Source: Candidatus Eiseniibacteriota bacterium (GTDB lineage Bacteria > Eisenbacteria > RBG-16-71-46 > CAIMUX01 > VGJL01). Taken from it: a stretch of DNA of 64,000 bases. Shown in pieces: positions 11,295 through 21,927 of the stretch. Position numbers and translations under genes: made by a program. Each line of letters starts with the position of its first letter. Position 1 is the stretch's first letter. The notes under the pieces are model-generated. The model ran no database searches. It was not told the DNA's origin and was given only the letters and a program-made list of their open reading frames with translations. The stretch spans positions 1,152,001 to 1,216,000 of the forward strand of contig CAWBWI010000003.1 in assembly GCA_963792585.1 (NCBI GenBank). Direction: 5' to 3'.

Positions 11295-12374
11295 ATGGAC
11301 GAACTGCTACGCAACTACGACCACGTCCGTTCCCGCGTGGAGGAGCTGACGCTCCAGATGGGGGACCCGAAAGTCCTCTCCGACGCCCGCGAAGCCAAGC
11401 GCGTGGGGAGGGAGCGGTCCCGGCTTGCCCGAATTCTCGAGGCGATGGATGCGTACCGACAGGCGGTGGCGACTCTGCAGGAGGCCGAGGAGATCCTGGC
11501 CGGGGACGACGCCGAATTGCAGGAGATCGTCCAGGACGAGCTGCCTGCCACGCAGGAGCGTAAGGAGTCGACCGAGATCGAGTTGAAGCGCCTGCTCACG
11601 CCGCGCGATCCCAACGACGAGAAGGACGTCATCGTCGAAATCCGGGCCGGCACCGGCGGGGAAGAGGCGGCCCTCTTCGTCCGGGACATCTTCCGGATGT
11701 ATGTCCGGTACGGCGAGAATCGTGGATTCCGGATCGAAGAGCTCTCCTCGAACGCCACGGGCATCGGCGGGCTGAAGGAAGTGATCTTCTCCCTCATGGG
11801 CGAGGACGCCTACGCGAATTTCAAGTACGAGTCGGGAGTGCACCGCGTCCAGCGCGTGCCCGAGACCGAGGCGAGCGGTCGGATCCACACGTCCGCGATC
11901 ACGGTGGCGGTCCTGCCCGAGGCCGAAGAAGTCGACGTCAAGATCGAGGACAAGGATCTCCTGATCGATGTCTTCCGTTCCTCCGGTCCGGGCGGACAGA
12001 GCGTCAACACGACGGACTCCGCGGTCCGGGTCACGCACCTGCCGACCGGGATCGTCGTTCAGTGCCAGGACGAGCGCAGCCAGCTCAAGAACAAGGCGAA
12101 GGCCTTGAAGGTCCTCCGCGCCCGCCTGCTCGACCTCGAGCGGCAACGGCTGGACGAAGAGATGGCGAAGACGCGGCGGGACATGGTCTCGACCGGCGAC
12201 CGCAGCGCCAAGATCCGCACCTACAACTACCCTCAGGGTCGCGTGACCGACCATCGGATCGGTCTGACCCTCTACAACCTCGCCGAGGTGATGGAGGGGG
12301 ATCTCGACACCTTGATCCGCGCCCTCCAGGTCGCCGAGAGCGAGGCCCGTCTGAAATCCGTCCAGGTGCTGTGA
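11295..12374 (+). CDS. prfA: Peptide chain release factor 1
   Basis: [21 protein letters not shown] (PxT), GPGGQ, KIRTYN. Confidence 0.98.
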   Translation: MDELLRNYDHVRSRVEELTLQMGDPKVLSDAREAKRVGRERSRLARILEAMDAYRQAVATLQEAEEILAGDDAELQEIVQDELPATQERKESTEIELKRLLTPRDPNDEKDVIVEIRAGTGGEEAALFVRDIFRMYVRYGENRGFRIEELSSNATGIGGLKEVIFSLMGEDAYANFKYESGVHRVQRVPETEASGRIHTSAITVAVLPEAEEVDVKIEDKDLLIDVFRSSGPGGQSVNTTDSAVRVTHLPTGIVVQCQDERSQLKNKAKALKVLRARLLDLERQRLDEEMAKTRRDMVSTGDRSAKIRTYNYPQGRVTDHRIGLTLYNLAEVMEGDLDTLIRALQVAESEARLKSVQVL

Positions 12375-13246
12375 GCCCTTCCGCACCGAACGCGCACCCG
12401 CCGCCGAACGCCCACTTCGCACGGATCCGCGACGCCATGGACATCCTCGAGGCGATCGGCGCGGGCAACCCGCGTCTCGAGGCCGAATATCTGATGGCCC
12501 ACGCCCTGGGCATACCGCGCATCCGGCTCTGGCTGATCGAGACGACGCCTTCCGCCGCGGCGATCGAGAGATTCGAGGCGCTCCTGGAGCGCCGCCGCGC
12601 GCGCGAGCCGCTGCAATACGTCCTCGGGAGCGCCGAATTCGCAGGGCTCGACCTGGAAGTCGGCCCCGGCGTCTTCATTCCGCGAAGCGAAACGGAAGTT
12701 CTCGTAGAGGTCGTCGCGAAGCGCCTTGGGTCGAACGCCCGGATCGTTGACGTCGGCACGGGGAGTGGGGCGATCCTCTTGTCGTTGCTCTCGCGTCTGC
12801 CGGACGCGCGCGGGCTCGGGATCGACCGGAGCGAGGACGCCCTCGCCTACGCGCGACGCAATGCGGCCCGTTGCGGTCTCGCGGCGCGCGCGGAGTGGCA
12901 GTGCGGGGATCTGCTCGCGCCGGTGCCATCGGATGCAGTCGTGGATGCCGTCGTGTCGAATCCGCCCTACATCCGCCTCGACGAAGCCTCGGCGCTCGCC
13001 CCCGAGATCGGCGACCACGAGCCGCATGCGGCGCTCTTCGCGGGCGAGGATGGTCTCGACGACGTGCGCCGACTGATCCCGCAAGCCGCGGCGCGCCTGA
13101 GATCCGGCGGCCTTCTCGCGATGGAGATCGGGATCACGCAGGGAGCGGCCGTGTCGGATCTGCTCGATCCTCGCGAATGGCGCGACACGGAAGTCCTGCC
13201 GGATCTGACCGGCCGTCCGCGGGTCGTCGCCGCGGCGCGTCGTTGA
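12371..13246 (+). CDS. prmC: Release factor glutamine methyltransferase
   Basis: [32 protein letters not shown] start overlaps prfA stop (GTGA). Confidence 0.95.
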   Translation: MSPSAPNAHPPPNAHFARIRDAMDILEAIGAGNPRLEAEYLMAHALGIPRIRLWLIETTPSAAAIERFEALLERRRAREPLQYVLGSAEFAGLDLEVGPGVFIPRSETEVLVEVVAKRLGSNARIVDVGTGSGAILLSLLSRLPDARGLGIDRSEDALAYARRNAARCGLAARAEWQCGDLLAPVPSDAVVDAVVSNPPYIRLDEASALAPEIGDHEPHAALFAGEDGLDDVRRLIPQAAARLRSGGLLAMEIGITQGAAVSDLLDPREWRDTEVLPDLTGRPRVVAAARR

Positions 13247-13268
13247 TTCGGGGAGACTCGCAGAGACG

Positions 13269-15191
13269 CTAGTCGGCGGTCTCGAGCAGGCGAGGGCCGG
13301 CGAGCCGGACATCCCCCCTGCGCTCGGTCCAGCGCTGGCGGTCGAAGAACTCCAGCAGGGGAACGGCGTGCTTTCGGGAGACCCCCATGATCTCCTTCAG
13401 CCCCGCAACCCCCATCTCGGGCGTCTTGGCGAGGAAGGCCTGGAGGAGGCGGCGCATCTCCTCGACGCGAGCGGAAGCGTAGAGCAGATCGGGGGGAACG
13501 CGGGTGAGCACCCCCTCCTCGAGGAGGAGCGAGATGAGCGCCTCGCCGTCCTTCGGCCCGCCCAGGCCATCGAGGAGTTCCTTCATCGTTGGGCCGGCGA
13601 AGCCGCGCCCTGCGATCTCCTTCAGGATGCGCTCGCGCAGGGATGCGAGAGTCGGTGAAAGCTGAAGCGATTCCTCACCCAGGCGAAGCCTGTCGGCGCG
13701 GACGTGAAGCTCTCCCGCGGTGGTCCGCTCTTGAAGCCAGGCCTCGACGAGGTCGGGGTGGACCTGCCTCTCGAGACGGCTCTTCAGCTCGCTCTTCAGC
13801 ATTCCCCACTGGAGTGGATTGTGTTTCTGGTGGGCGGTGAGGATCGTCGTCATCCGCGCGCCCGCCGCCTCGACCGCTTCCGAGGAAACGAGGATCCCCC
13901 GTCCGATCCGACGGATCCTCCCGGATCCGATGAGGGTTTCGATGGTCGAGGCGACCTCGGAGGGGGGTTGGCCGAGGCGCGGGGGCAAATCGCCCTCCGG
14001 CAGGCCGAGCATTGCAGCGTGGCCCAGGTGGCCGACAATCCGATCGTCCAGGCTCCCCTCGGCCGCGAGGCGAAGCGCTCGCAGGTCTTCCTCGTGGAAG
14101 CGCCTGCGGTGCGTGCCCGACACATCCACGATCACGCCGCCGCCGATCGTGTGCATCGGCGAGAAGGAACGCAGGACGAAACGGTCGCCGCGCTCCGCGG
14201 GGACCGGCTCCTCGAGTCGGATCTCGACGAATCCCTCCTCTCCGGGAGAAATCTCCTCCGAACCGAGCGGCACCGCGCGTCCCATGATCTCGCTCGCGCC
14301 GAGGTAGAAGCGCACGCGTGTGCGGTTCTTGATCGCGTACGGACTCCCGCGAACGCATCGAACCTGGGCTTGAAGCATCGACACGGTCGGCGGCGGGGCG
14401 CCCGCGACAAGCCACTCTCCCCGGGCGATCTCCTCCCGATCGACCGCGTGCAGGCTCACCGCGACCCGTTGTCCGGCGAAGGCCTCGTTCGCCCGTTCGT
14501 TGTGAACTTCGAGCGACTTGATCCGCGTCTCATCGCCCGAAGGCTCGAGCCGGACGCGGTCTCCCTCGTGGAGCGTGCCCGCCCAGAGCGTTCCGGTCAC
14601 GACCGTGCCGAAGCCCTGCATCGTGAAGACGCGGTCGATTGGCATGCGCGTGTAGCGGCCGCGGGCCGAGAGGTCCGCCGACGCGACCGCGGCGTCGATC
14701 GCCGCGAGCAGTTCGGCCTTTCCCTCCCCCGTGACCGCGGAGACGGGAACGAGCGGGGCGCCGGCCAGACAGGTCCCGGACAGGTAGCTGCGGACATCGT
14801 CGATCACGAGACTGCGCCAGTCCGGATCGACGAGATCGATCTTCGTGAGGGCCACCACGCCCTGATGCGCGCCAAGCAGATCGACGATGTCGAGGTGTTC
14901 ACGGGTCTGCGGCATCACCCCCTCGTCGGCGGCGATGACGAGCAGGATCACGTCGATTCCGCCCGCCCCGGCGAGCATGTTCCGGATGAATCGTTCGTGG
15001 CCGGGGACGTCGATCACGCCGCATCGCACTCCCGCAGGGGTCGTGAGCGACGCGAATCCGAGTTCGATCGAGATCCCTCGCTCGCGTTCCTCCTTCAGCC
15101 GATCGGTGTCCACGCCGGTCAGCATCTTGATCAGGAGCGTCTTGCCGTGATCGATGTGGCCGGCGGTGCCGATGATGCAGGGACGAGTCAT
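13269..15191 (-). CDS. selB: Selenocysteine-specific elongation factor
   Basis: [30 protein letters not shown]-terminal winged-helix [15 protein letters not shown]. Confidence 0.96.
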   Translation of the reverse strand: MTRPCIIGTAGHIDHGKTLLIKMLTGVDTDRLKEERERGISIELGFASLTTPAGVRCGVIDVPGHERFIRNMLAGAGGIDVILLVIAADEGVMPQTREHLDIVDLLGAHQGVVALTKIDLVDPDWRSLVIDDVRSYLSGTCLAGAPLVPVSAVTGEGKAELLAAIDAAVASADLSARGRYTRMPIDRVFTMQGFGTVVTGTLWAGTLHEGDRVRLEPSGDETRIKSLEVHNERANEAFAGQRVAVSLHAVDREEIARGEWLVAGAPPPTVSMLQAQVRCVRGSPYAIKNRTRVRFYLGASEIMGRAVPLGSEEISPGEEGFVEIRLEEPVPAERGDRFVLRSFSPMHTIGGGVIVDVSGTHRRRFHEEDLRALRLAAEGSLDDRIVGHLGHAAMLGLPEGDLPPRLGQPPSEVASTIETLIGSGRIRRIGRGILVSSEAVEAAGARMTTILTAHQKHNPLQWGMLKSELKSRLERQVHPDLVEAWLQERTTAGELHVRADRLRLGEESLQLSPTLASLRERILKEIAGRGFAGPTMKELLDGLGGPKDGEALISLLLEEGVLTRVPPDLLYASARVEEMRRLLQAFLAKTPEMGVAGLKEIMGVSRKHAVPLLEFFDRQRWTERRGDVRLAGPRLLETAD

Positions 15192-15198
15192 CCGCGCC

Positions 15199-16468
15199 TC
15201 AGGCGAGTGGGTCGTCGAGCTGGATCCGGCAGACCGACGCGCCGAGGCCGGTGAGCTTCTGCTCGATCGCCTCGTACCCCCGATCGATGTGGTAGACGCG
15301 CGAGACGGTCGTCGTCCCCCGTGCGACGAGACCGGCGAGGATCAGCGCGGAGGAGGCGCGGATGTCGGTCGACATGACGCGGGTTCCCTGCAGCCCCTCG
15401 ACCCCGCGGACAGTGGCGACGTTTCCTTGCAGGGTGATCCGCGCGCCGAGCCGTTCGAGTTCGGGGACGTGCGTGAATCGGTCGGAGTAGATCGTCTCGA
15501 CGATCACGCCCGTTCCTTGCGCGACGCTCAGGACCGCCATGAACTGCGCTTGCAGGTCGGTCGGGAATCCGGGGTAGACCTCCGTCCGCACGTCGATCGC
15601 GCGCAGGGGCGCGTCGCGACGGAGCCGGATCCGGTTCCCGTCGATCGAGATATCGCACCCCATTTCGCGCAGGTGGGAGAGGACGATCGACACGTGATCC
15701 GCGCGCGCCTTGGTGAGGACGATGTCACCGCCGGCGATCGCTCCGGCCGCGAGATAGGTCCCGGTCTCGATTCTGTCGGGGATGTTCGTGAACTCGACCG
15801 GATGGAGGGACGTCGACCCCTTCGATCTCGATCGTCTTCGTGCCGTGGCCCGTGATGCGGGCGCCTGCGGCGTTCAGGAAGTCGGCAAGGGCGACGATGT
15901 CCGGCTCACAGGCGGCATTCTCGATGCGCGTCGTTCCCTCGGCCAGGCTCGCGGCCATCATCACGTTGCCGGTCGCCCCGACGCTCGAAACGTCGAATGC
16001 GATCCGACGTCCCCGCAGCTTCGGCGCCGTCGCGACGATGTAGCCGTGATCGAGTTCGATCTTCGCCCCGAGCGTCTCCATTCCCTTGATGTGGAGATCG
16101 ACGGGGCGCGGCCCCCACGCGCAGCCGCCCGGCAGGGAGACGCGCGCGCGGCCGCAGCGGGTCAGCAGCGGACCGAGAACGTAGATCGATGCGCGCATCT
16201 GCCGAACGAGATCGTACGGCGCTTCGGTGCACGTGATCTTGGATGCGTCGAGCCGAAGGCAGTGGTCTTCGTAGCCGCCCTCGACGCCGAGCAGCCGAAG
16301 CAGGTCGAGCAGGGTGACGATGTCGCGCAGGTGCGGGACGTTCCGAAGGGTGGTCTGGCCCGGGATCAGAAGGGACGCGGCCATCATCGGGAGGGCTGCG
16401 TTCTTCGCGCCGCTGATCGCGACTTCTCCCGAGAGGTGCTTGCCCCCGATGATCTCAATGGCGTCCAT
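15199..16468 (-). CDS. murA: UDP-N-acetylglucosamine 1-carboxyvinyltransferase; one-base frameshift near 15814 (probable assembly artefact)
   Basis: GAKNAALP, MRAS, LPGGCAWGPRPVDLH, IPDRIE, YPGFPTDLQAQ, HIDRGYE spread over two frames. Confidence 0.95.
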
Positions 16469-16499
16469 GCTGTTGAATCTCCCCCGCTTGCCCGGGTGG

Positions 16500-16528
16500 A
16501 CGATACCGCGATGGCGGAGGATCGGCAA
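16500..16528 (-). promoter_or_regulatory. sigma70-type promoter for murA-selB
   Basis: Minus strand TTGCCG-N17-TATCGT, ~30 nt before ATG with GGGAGA SD. Confidence 0.5.
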
Positions 16529-16597
16529 GGCAACAGGCCCCGCGCGCAGCCCCGGGAGCGAGCCGCGCGCATGCATGCAGCCCGAAGTTGAAGAGAC

Positions 16598-17749
16598 TTA
16601 GCGCAGGATGACGAAGCGTCCCGATTCCCGGCCGGCATGGTAGAAGTAGACGCCGGCGGCCGGGCCGTCCCACATCCAGGACTCGCCGGGGGAGCAAGCG
16701 CCGCCCGCGAGCCGGCGTCCCGTGACGTCGTGGATCTGCAGGGTGGTAACCCCCTCCTGCCCGGAGGCGATGAACCGAGCCCGGGAGCCGTCGACGGCGA
16801 CGCGGATCGCCGCGGGCCCGACCGGACCGTCCCCGATCCCGGCCGGGGGAGGTTCCAACAACTCGGTCATCACCCGTCCGCCTGCGTACGGGACCGCGAT
16901 GCCAAGGGCCGCCCCGAGCGTCTTGCAGATGTCGACCTGTTCGCACGGCGTCCAGGAAACGAACCCGTCGCGAAAGTCGGGACCCAGCGCCAGAAGGGGG
17001 ATCCTCCGGCAACCCGTGCACGCGTCTCCGTGTTCGAACCAGTCGCCGTAGCCGTCGGCGTGGCGGCCGTGGTCGCCCGTGACGATCAGGTCGGTCCGCC
17101 CGCCGAAGACCGGGTCGGCCTGAATCTCCTGCCAAATGAGCGCGACACAGGAATCCGCGACCGCGATCTGCCGCGTATATCCGTCCCAGTTCTGGGTATG
17201 GGCGGCGCCGTCGATCGACCCGAAGTTGAGCAACGAAACGACCGGCCTGTTCACGACCATGTCGTGGAGGAACTCCGCCGTCGTCACCTCGTCGTCCCAC
17301 GTGGGACCGATGATGCGCGCGCTGTCCGAGGCCCCGTAGGTCGACCAGGTGCTGTGGGACAGGGACTTGATCTTCCCTTTGGTCGTGGTGATGACGGTCG
17401 AGCGGCCCGGAGTGCCGGTCTGGTCACGGTAATACTCCCAGAGCAGCGGGAAGATCGACCGGACCGTGCCGTCGTCCGGCAGGTTCTGGTAGCGTCCCGA
17501 CCCGATGGCCGCGTGCCCCGGGATGGTGATGGTGAGACCGTTGTTGTCGCATGCGCGCGCGAGCGCCCCCTGCGGGGCGAGGTCGAGGGCCATTCGGGGA
17601 ATGAAGCGGTGCTCCGGGTCGTCGAACCCCTCGCTGGCGCGGAGTCCGTCGAGGACAATGATCACCACCCGCTCGGCCGCCTGGGCCTGCGTCGTGATCG
17701 TGAGGGCGAGAAGCAGGAGCCGGATCCAGGCCCGGCCCGGGATCATCAT
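16598..17749 (-). CDS. Secreted alkaline-phosphatase-superfamily metalloenzyme with short C-terminal sorting-like domain
   Basis: Signal peptide ending AQA-AE, VIIVLDGLR, TIPGHAAIGSG, D..AH, GDHG; tail IHDVTGRRL...WDG..AGVYFY. Confidence 0.8.
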   Translation of the reverse strand: MMIPGRAWIRLLLLALTITTQAQAAERVVIIVLDGLRASEGFDDPEHRFIPRMALDLAPQGALARACDNNGLTITIPGHAAIGSGRYQNLPDDGTVRSIFPLLWEYYRDQTGTPGRSTVITTTKGKIKSLSHSTWSTYGASDSARIIGPTWDDEVTTAEFLHDMVVNRPVVSLLNFGSIDGAAHTQNWDGYTRQIAVADSCVALIWQEIQADPVFGGRTDLIVTGDHGRHADGYGDWFEHGDACTGCRRIPLLALGPDFRDGFVSWTPCEQVDICKTLGAALGIAVPYAGGRVMTELLEPPPAGIGDGPVGPAAIRVAVDGSRARFIASGQEGVTTLQIHDVTGRRLAGGACSPGESWMWDGPAAGVYFYHAGRESGRFVILR

Positions 17750-17759
17750 GGTTGCGTCC

Positions 17760-19553
17760 CTAGGATGTGTCGTCCTCGTCGTCGGTCCAGCCCCCCCGAT
17801 CGGCATCGGGAGGGGCTTTGGGCTCGACCAGGATCAGCTTCTCGCGCGTGACGAGCGCCAAACCAGGCGGTCCCTTTCGCGGCCTGCGAACGTACTTCTT
17901 AAGAGTATAGACGATCGGAGCCTTCCCGGACGTGCGAGCTTTGCTGAACCAGGCCGCGATCGAGGCCGCTTCTTCCAAGGTCCGCACGCTCGGGTTGTCC
18001 TTGCGGCCTTCTCTACGCAGGACGACGTGGCTTCCCGGACAGCCGTGGGCGTGGAACCAGTAATCCTCGGGGCGGGCGAGGGCGTGCGTCACATAGTCGT
18101 TCTCTTCGTTCGAGCGGCCGACCAGGACCGTCCACCCTTCCTTGGTCGTGTAGCTCCTGGGATGAAAGCGCTCCTCGGGCCGCCGGCGGGATGCGGGCCC
18201 CTGCCCCTGAGGGCGCGTCGCCGATGGGGCGGCACGTCTCGCGCTCCGTTCGGGGGCCTTCGAGTCCTTCTCGGGCGGGGCCGCACGACCCCGCGCGAAG
18301 GGGCCGAGGGCGGCGCGAAGCAGTTCGCCGCCCTTCGTCGCCACCGGAAGTCCTGCGATCTGGGACCGCAGGACGGAAAGCCGCGCGATGGCCTCTTCGA
18401 TCGCGCGCATCCTCCGGGCGCGCAGGGGGGCTCCCCGCTCCAACCGGCGCACGCGCCGGAAGATGGCGTCAGCGTTGTTCGATGCGCTGCGCCGCGGGTC
18501 CAGCTCGATCACGAGCGTTCGTCCAGGATCCTGGGGATCGGGGCACGTGAAGCTCGACGCACCGCGGGGGATTTCCCCCATGTGGACGAGGAGGGCTTCC
18601 GCCTGTCGGCGGAGCAGGGGCGCCGCGTTCGCATCGGCCGATTCCGCGCGGAGCCGTTCGTGGAGGCGCATCAGTCGACGTTCCTCGTTCCCGAGGTGAC
18701 GAAGGAAACGCCCGCGCTCGTCCCCTTCCTGTTCGGCGCGGAGGACGGTCGCATGGGCGTACTCGATCAGACGGAGAAACGTACCGGCGCGTCGACTCCG
18801 GTGCGGCTCGAGATTCGGAAGGGGAATCGGGCTGACGAACGCGCGGGGCAACCCGAGATCTACTCCGAGTCCTTCGTAGAGGACGGGGTCGAACGGCTCA
18901 TCTGCGATCGCGCGCAGCGCACCGGCGACGTCGTCGCCCCGATGCAAGGCGTCGTAGGCCAGATACGGGGGCAGCCCGGCGAAGCCCCGGACGAGGGCGC
19001 GCACGCGATCCTTCGGCGCGGCGCGATCGAGGGCCGCCGCCACCTGGGCCTCCGTCGCCTTGCCGTACTCCGGACGGCGGGGGTGAGGAGGCCAAGCATA
19101 CCGCGCTCCCCGCGCGCGCCGGAGCGCGTGCGCGCCGGCCGGCACGTTGAGCGTGGCGAGGACTTCTTCGCGCGGTGCGTCGACGACGACCATGTCGGGG
19201 CGGCCACCGAGCCACTCGACCACGAGCCAGAGTCCGACCTCCGTCGCACCCGGGGAGGAGAGGAGCAGACGCATCAGCGGTCGGTCCACCGGCCGGTCGA
19301 TCTGCGAGATCCACTGTCCGACGAGCAGGCGACGTAGCGACTCATCCGGTGCTTCCGCCGCGAGCGGCCGGGCGAGGTAGACGCACGCATGAGCGGGGGC
19401 GAGATCGATCGCCAAGCGTGCGCGGCCGCCCTCCCGCTCGATGAGGAGATCGACTCGATCCTCGCCCGGCTTGGCGACATCGAGAATCTGCGCGCGGGGA
19501 GCGATCTGCGCCCGGAGCGCTTCCATGCATGCGTCGAGGAGTCGCCGCTCCAT
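17760..19553 (-). CDS. rqcH: NFACT family ribosome quality-control protein (RqcH/Rqc2/FbpA-like)
   Basis: N-terminal NFACT region with DR motif, coiled coil, C-terminal VGRSNEEND..DYWFHA..PGSHV..AAWFSK. Confidence 0.85.
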   Translation of the reverse strand: MERRLLDACMEALRAQIAPRAQILDVAKPGEDRVDLLIEREGGRARLAIDLAPAHACVYLARPLAAEAPDESLRRLLVGQWISQIDRPVDRPLMRLLLSSPGATEVGLWLVVEWLGGRPDMVVVDAPREEVLATLNVPAGAHALRRARGARYAWPPHPRRPEYGKATEAQVAAALDRAAPKDRVRALVRGFAGLPPYLAYDALHRGDDVAGALRAIADEPFDPVLYEGLGVDLGLPRAFVSPIPLPNLEPHRSRRAGTFLRLIEYAHATVLRAEQEGDERGRFLRHLGNEERRLMRLHERLRAESADANAAPLLRRQAEALLVHMGEIPRGASSFTCPDPQDPGRTLVIELDPRRSASNNADAIFRRVRRLERGAPLRARRMRAIEEAIARLSVLRSQIAGLPVATKGGELLRAALGPFARGRAAPPEKDSKAPERSARRAAPSATRPQGQGPASRRRPEERFHPRSYTTKEGWTVLVGRSNEENDYVTHALARPEDYWFHAHGCPGSHVVLRREGRKDNPSVRTLEEAASIAAWFSKARTSGKAPIVYTLKKYVRRPRKGPPGLALVTREKLILVEPKAPPDADRGGWTDDEDDTS

Positions 19554-19624
19554 GGCTCAGTCCGTCTTCCCGGCGCCGCGTGCGCACGTGGGGGAGACGC
19601 AACCGGTCGGCCCGATGATGGGAG

Positions 19625-20425
19625 TCATCGGGCGTCGGTCTCTGGAGCTTCGGCGTCCAGACAGCTCGGCTGCTTCACGCAGAGGGAGCGGATCATCGCA
19701 TCGATCCGATCGAGGCCGGGCATGAAGGCGGCTGCGGGAAGGGCGTCCAGGCGTCGGGTCTGATCCGAGACATAGGCATCGTACTCCCGGGTGAACGCCT
19801 CCCAGTCATCGACTCTCTCCTCATCCTTCAGGATCGCCGCTGCGATGGGGAAGGAGAGGGAAACGTAGGCCGTGCCGTCCGCGGTCAGACCCTGAAATGT
19901 ATACTCCAAGACCCGATTGGTGACGGGGGAAGGCTCGATCGCGTATGCCGTCACGAAACCGATCCCGGCTCCGTTCTGGAACTCGACGAACCCCACGTGC
20001 GATCGAAACGGTTGTGCGACGTCGGCCCACGGCAGGAAGGGAATTTCCTCGTTGCCTCCGGATCGGCGTGCCGTGAGCAGGTCTTTCAAAGCGTCGATCG
20101 TCTCCGTGGCCGGCGGCCAGATCGCTTCGTACGCAGCCACCGGATAGACGCGGAGCGTTGCCGCGTCCCGCCGCAGGGAATCCACGGAACCTGCCGTGCC
20201 GCGAAACCTGAAGAGAAGATGCTCCGGTCCGACGCCGTCGGGCACATCCGACGGGTCGGCCAGAGGGACCGCCGGGACGATCTGCGCGGCGACTCCGGAT
20301 GCAAGGGTCGAGTCGAAGCGAAATGCCACCTGCTGGAATCGAACCGTCCGCTCCGGCGTCACGGCGATCGTGACCGCTGGAGCGAGGATCAGAAGGATGG
20401 CGGTTGCTAGACACGGGCCTTTCAT
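19625..20425 (-). CDS. Hypothetical exported protein
   Basis: 266-aa ORF with GGAGG SD and signal peptide MKGPCLATAILLILAPAVTIA; normal globular composition. Confidence 0.75.
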   Translation of the reverse strand: MKGPCLATAILLILAPAVTIAVTPERTVRFQQVAFRFDSTLASGVAAQIVPAVPLADPSDVPDGVGPEHLLFRFRGTAGSVDSLRRDAATLRVYPVAAYEAIWPPATETIDALKDLLTARRSGGNEEIPFLPWADVAQPFRSHVGFVEFQNGAGIGFVTAYAIEPSPVTNRVLEYTFQGLTADGTAYVSLSFPIAAAILKDEERVDDWEAFTREYDAYVSDQTRRLDALPAAAFMPGLDRIDAMIRSLCVKQPSCLDAEAPETDAR

Positions 20426-20529
20426 TCATACCTCCGGTGCGTGAGCACCATGCAGTCTAGCGGCCCGGGCTGCACGGTCGACACCGGAAAACAGCCTCAC
20501 CGTCTCCCGCGAAGAGGACGCACGCGGAA

Positions 20530-20559
20530 AGGCCTCCCGCGGTCAACCGCGGGAGGCCT
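20530..20559 (-). terminator. Perfect 13-bp hairpin, likely terminator of the 20588-21481 gene
   Basis: AGGCCTCCCGCGG-TCAA-CCGCGGGAGGCCT, ~28 nt downstream of the stop; only a short T tail. Confidence 0.6.
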
Positions 20560-20587
20560 CTTCTAAACGATGCGATGAAGCAGGGAT

Positions 20588-21481
20588 CTAGTCGCCGTTG
20601 CAGGCTTCTGCATCACAGAGTGTGCCGGGTCCTTGATAGGAGCCGATCCCGAGACATCCCTCCTCCGTCGTGATTTCGCAACCGCCCCCGTCCAGGCAGC
20701 AGGCGCCCGTCGGCGCCGGCGGTGGGCATGGATTGGGATCGCAGGAGCTTCCGGCGCCGCCTGCGGTTCCGCCCGCCTCGACGCACCCCTCGGCGGTCAA
20801 CAACTCGCAATGTCCGTCGCCGAAACAGCATGCTTCCGGTGCGGGCACGTCCCCAACCGGCGGCAGCACGGTGACGTCGTGGGAAGGCGGCGTCCAGAGC
20901 CTCGTCGATCCTGCATCGAAGTGCAGTCGGAAACCATCAGCCGTTCCCCGGGTGGCGATCACGGGAACGGTCCAGCTGGCGTTCGCGTCCAGCGTACCCC
21001 CCACCGAGTACGGGTAGAAGATGCCGGTGCCCGAAGGCGGGTAGACGCCGTGGCTCCCGCCGTCGAATCCGAACGGATCCGTCGTCGTGTACGCGAAGTC
21101 GGCGGGACCGAGCACAACGTCCCCCACCTGCACGGACCAACCGGGGACATCCTTGAAGGCCAGGGGAATGGTGACGAGCAGATAGACGTCGTCAATCGAG
21201 AAATCACTCGTGTTGGTGACGACGATGTCGAAGGTCTGAGCTTCCGTGTACCAGCTCTCCTTCAGCCATGCGTCCTCGGATGGACCGATGTACACATTCT
21301 CCGCATTCTCGATACCCAACCAGAGACGGGCTTGACTGGCCATCGTCGCGGGGGATGCGTCCGGTCCGATTCCCGGATCGGAAGGCAGGCCCGCTTCTTG
21401 AGAACAGCCGGTCAGGCCAAGCGCGAAAACGCCCAGAAGGCCGACAGCAATCGCCGCCGGCGCGGAATACGACAACCTCAT
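20588..21481 (-). CDS. Lipoprotein with choice-of-anchor-N-like domain and two Cys-rich repeats
   Basis: GGGAGG SD, lipobox LTG-C, motifs HGVYP / LHFD / PPSHD, repeats EACCFGDGHC...C...CDPNPC and GACCLDGGGC...C...CDAEAC. Confidence 0.7.
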   Translation of the reverse strand: MRLSYSAPAAIAVGLLGVFALGLTGCSQEAGLPSDPGIGPDASPATMASQARLWLGIENAENVYIGPSEDAWLKESWYTEAQTFDIVVTNTSDFSIDDVYLLVTIPLAFKDVPGWSVQVGDVVLGPADFAYTTTDPFGFDGGSHGVYPPSGTGIFYPYSVGGTLDANASWTVPVIATRGTADGFRLHFDAGSTRLWTPPSHDVTVLPPVGDVPAPEACCFGDGHCELLTAEGCVEAGGTAGGAGSSCDPNPCPPPAPTGACCLDGGGCEITTEEGCLGIGSYQGPGTLCDAEACNGD

Positions 21482-21802
21482 GTCAGGAGTCCTCCCTATG
21501 ACCCCGAACGGGGCGGTCGAGCCTGTGCAGGATGCGGTCCATGCGCTCGGGTTTCCTAGGTTGCGCGCAGACATGAGGATGGGAAGCGATTGCAGGTTGC
21601 GAAACCCACAAGTCCTGCAAGATGACAGTCGGGCGCCTTGCAGAAAACCGACTCGGCCGGTTCATCGGATTGGGGCGCGGTCCACCGATCGCTGGGACAG
21701 GTCCGCTGTACGGTCAACCGACAATCGCGCCCCCGCGGACGGAAGGATCATCCAACGAGGAGGGCGACATCCGTTGACGCACGAATCGGCTCCGAGATCA
21801 GG

Positions 21803-21822
21803 TCCTGACACGCCTGTCAGGA
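21803..21822. promoter_or_regulatory. Perfect palindrome, candidate regulator site in divergent intergenic region
   Basis: TCCTGACA-CGCC-TGTCAGGA. Confidence 0.4.
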
Positions 21823-21898
21823 ATCGTTCCCCGCAACCCGGCGATCCTGGGCAGATCGTCCGGGACCCCGCGGCGCTCCGGCTTCCTCTCGGAACCCA

Positions 21899-21927
21899 TT
21901 GACCATGGCAGGTCCCGGCGATATTCT
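21899..21927 (+). promoter_or_regulatory. sigma70-type promoter for the yicC-gmk-coaBC operon
   Basis: TTGACC-N17-TATTCT, followed by GGAGG SD and ATG 21952. Confidence 0.65.
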
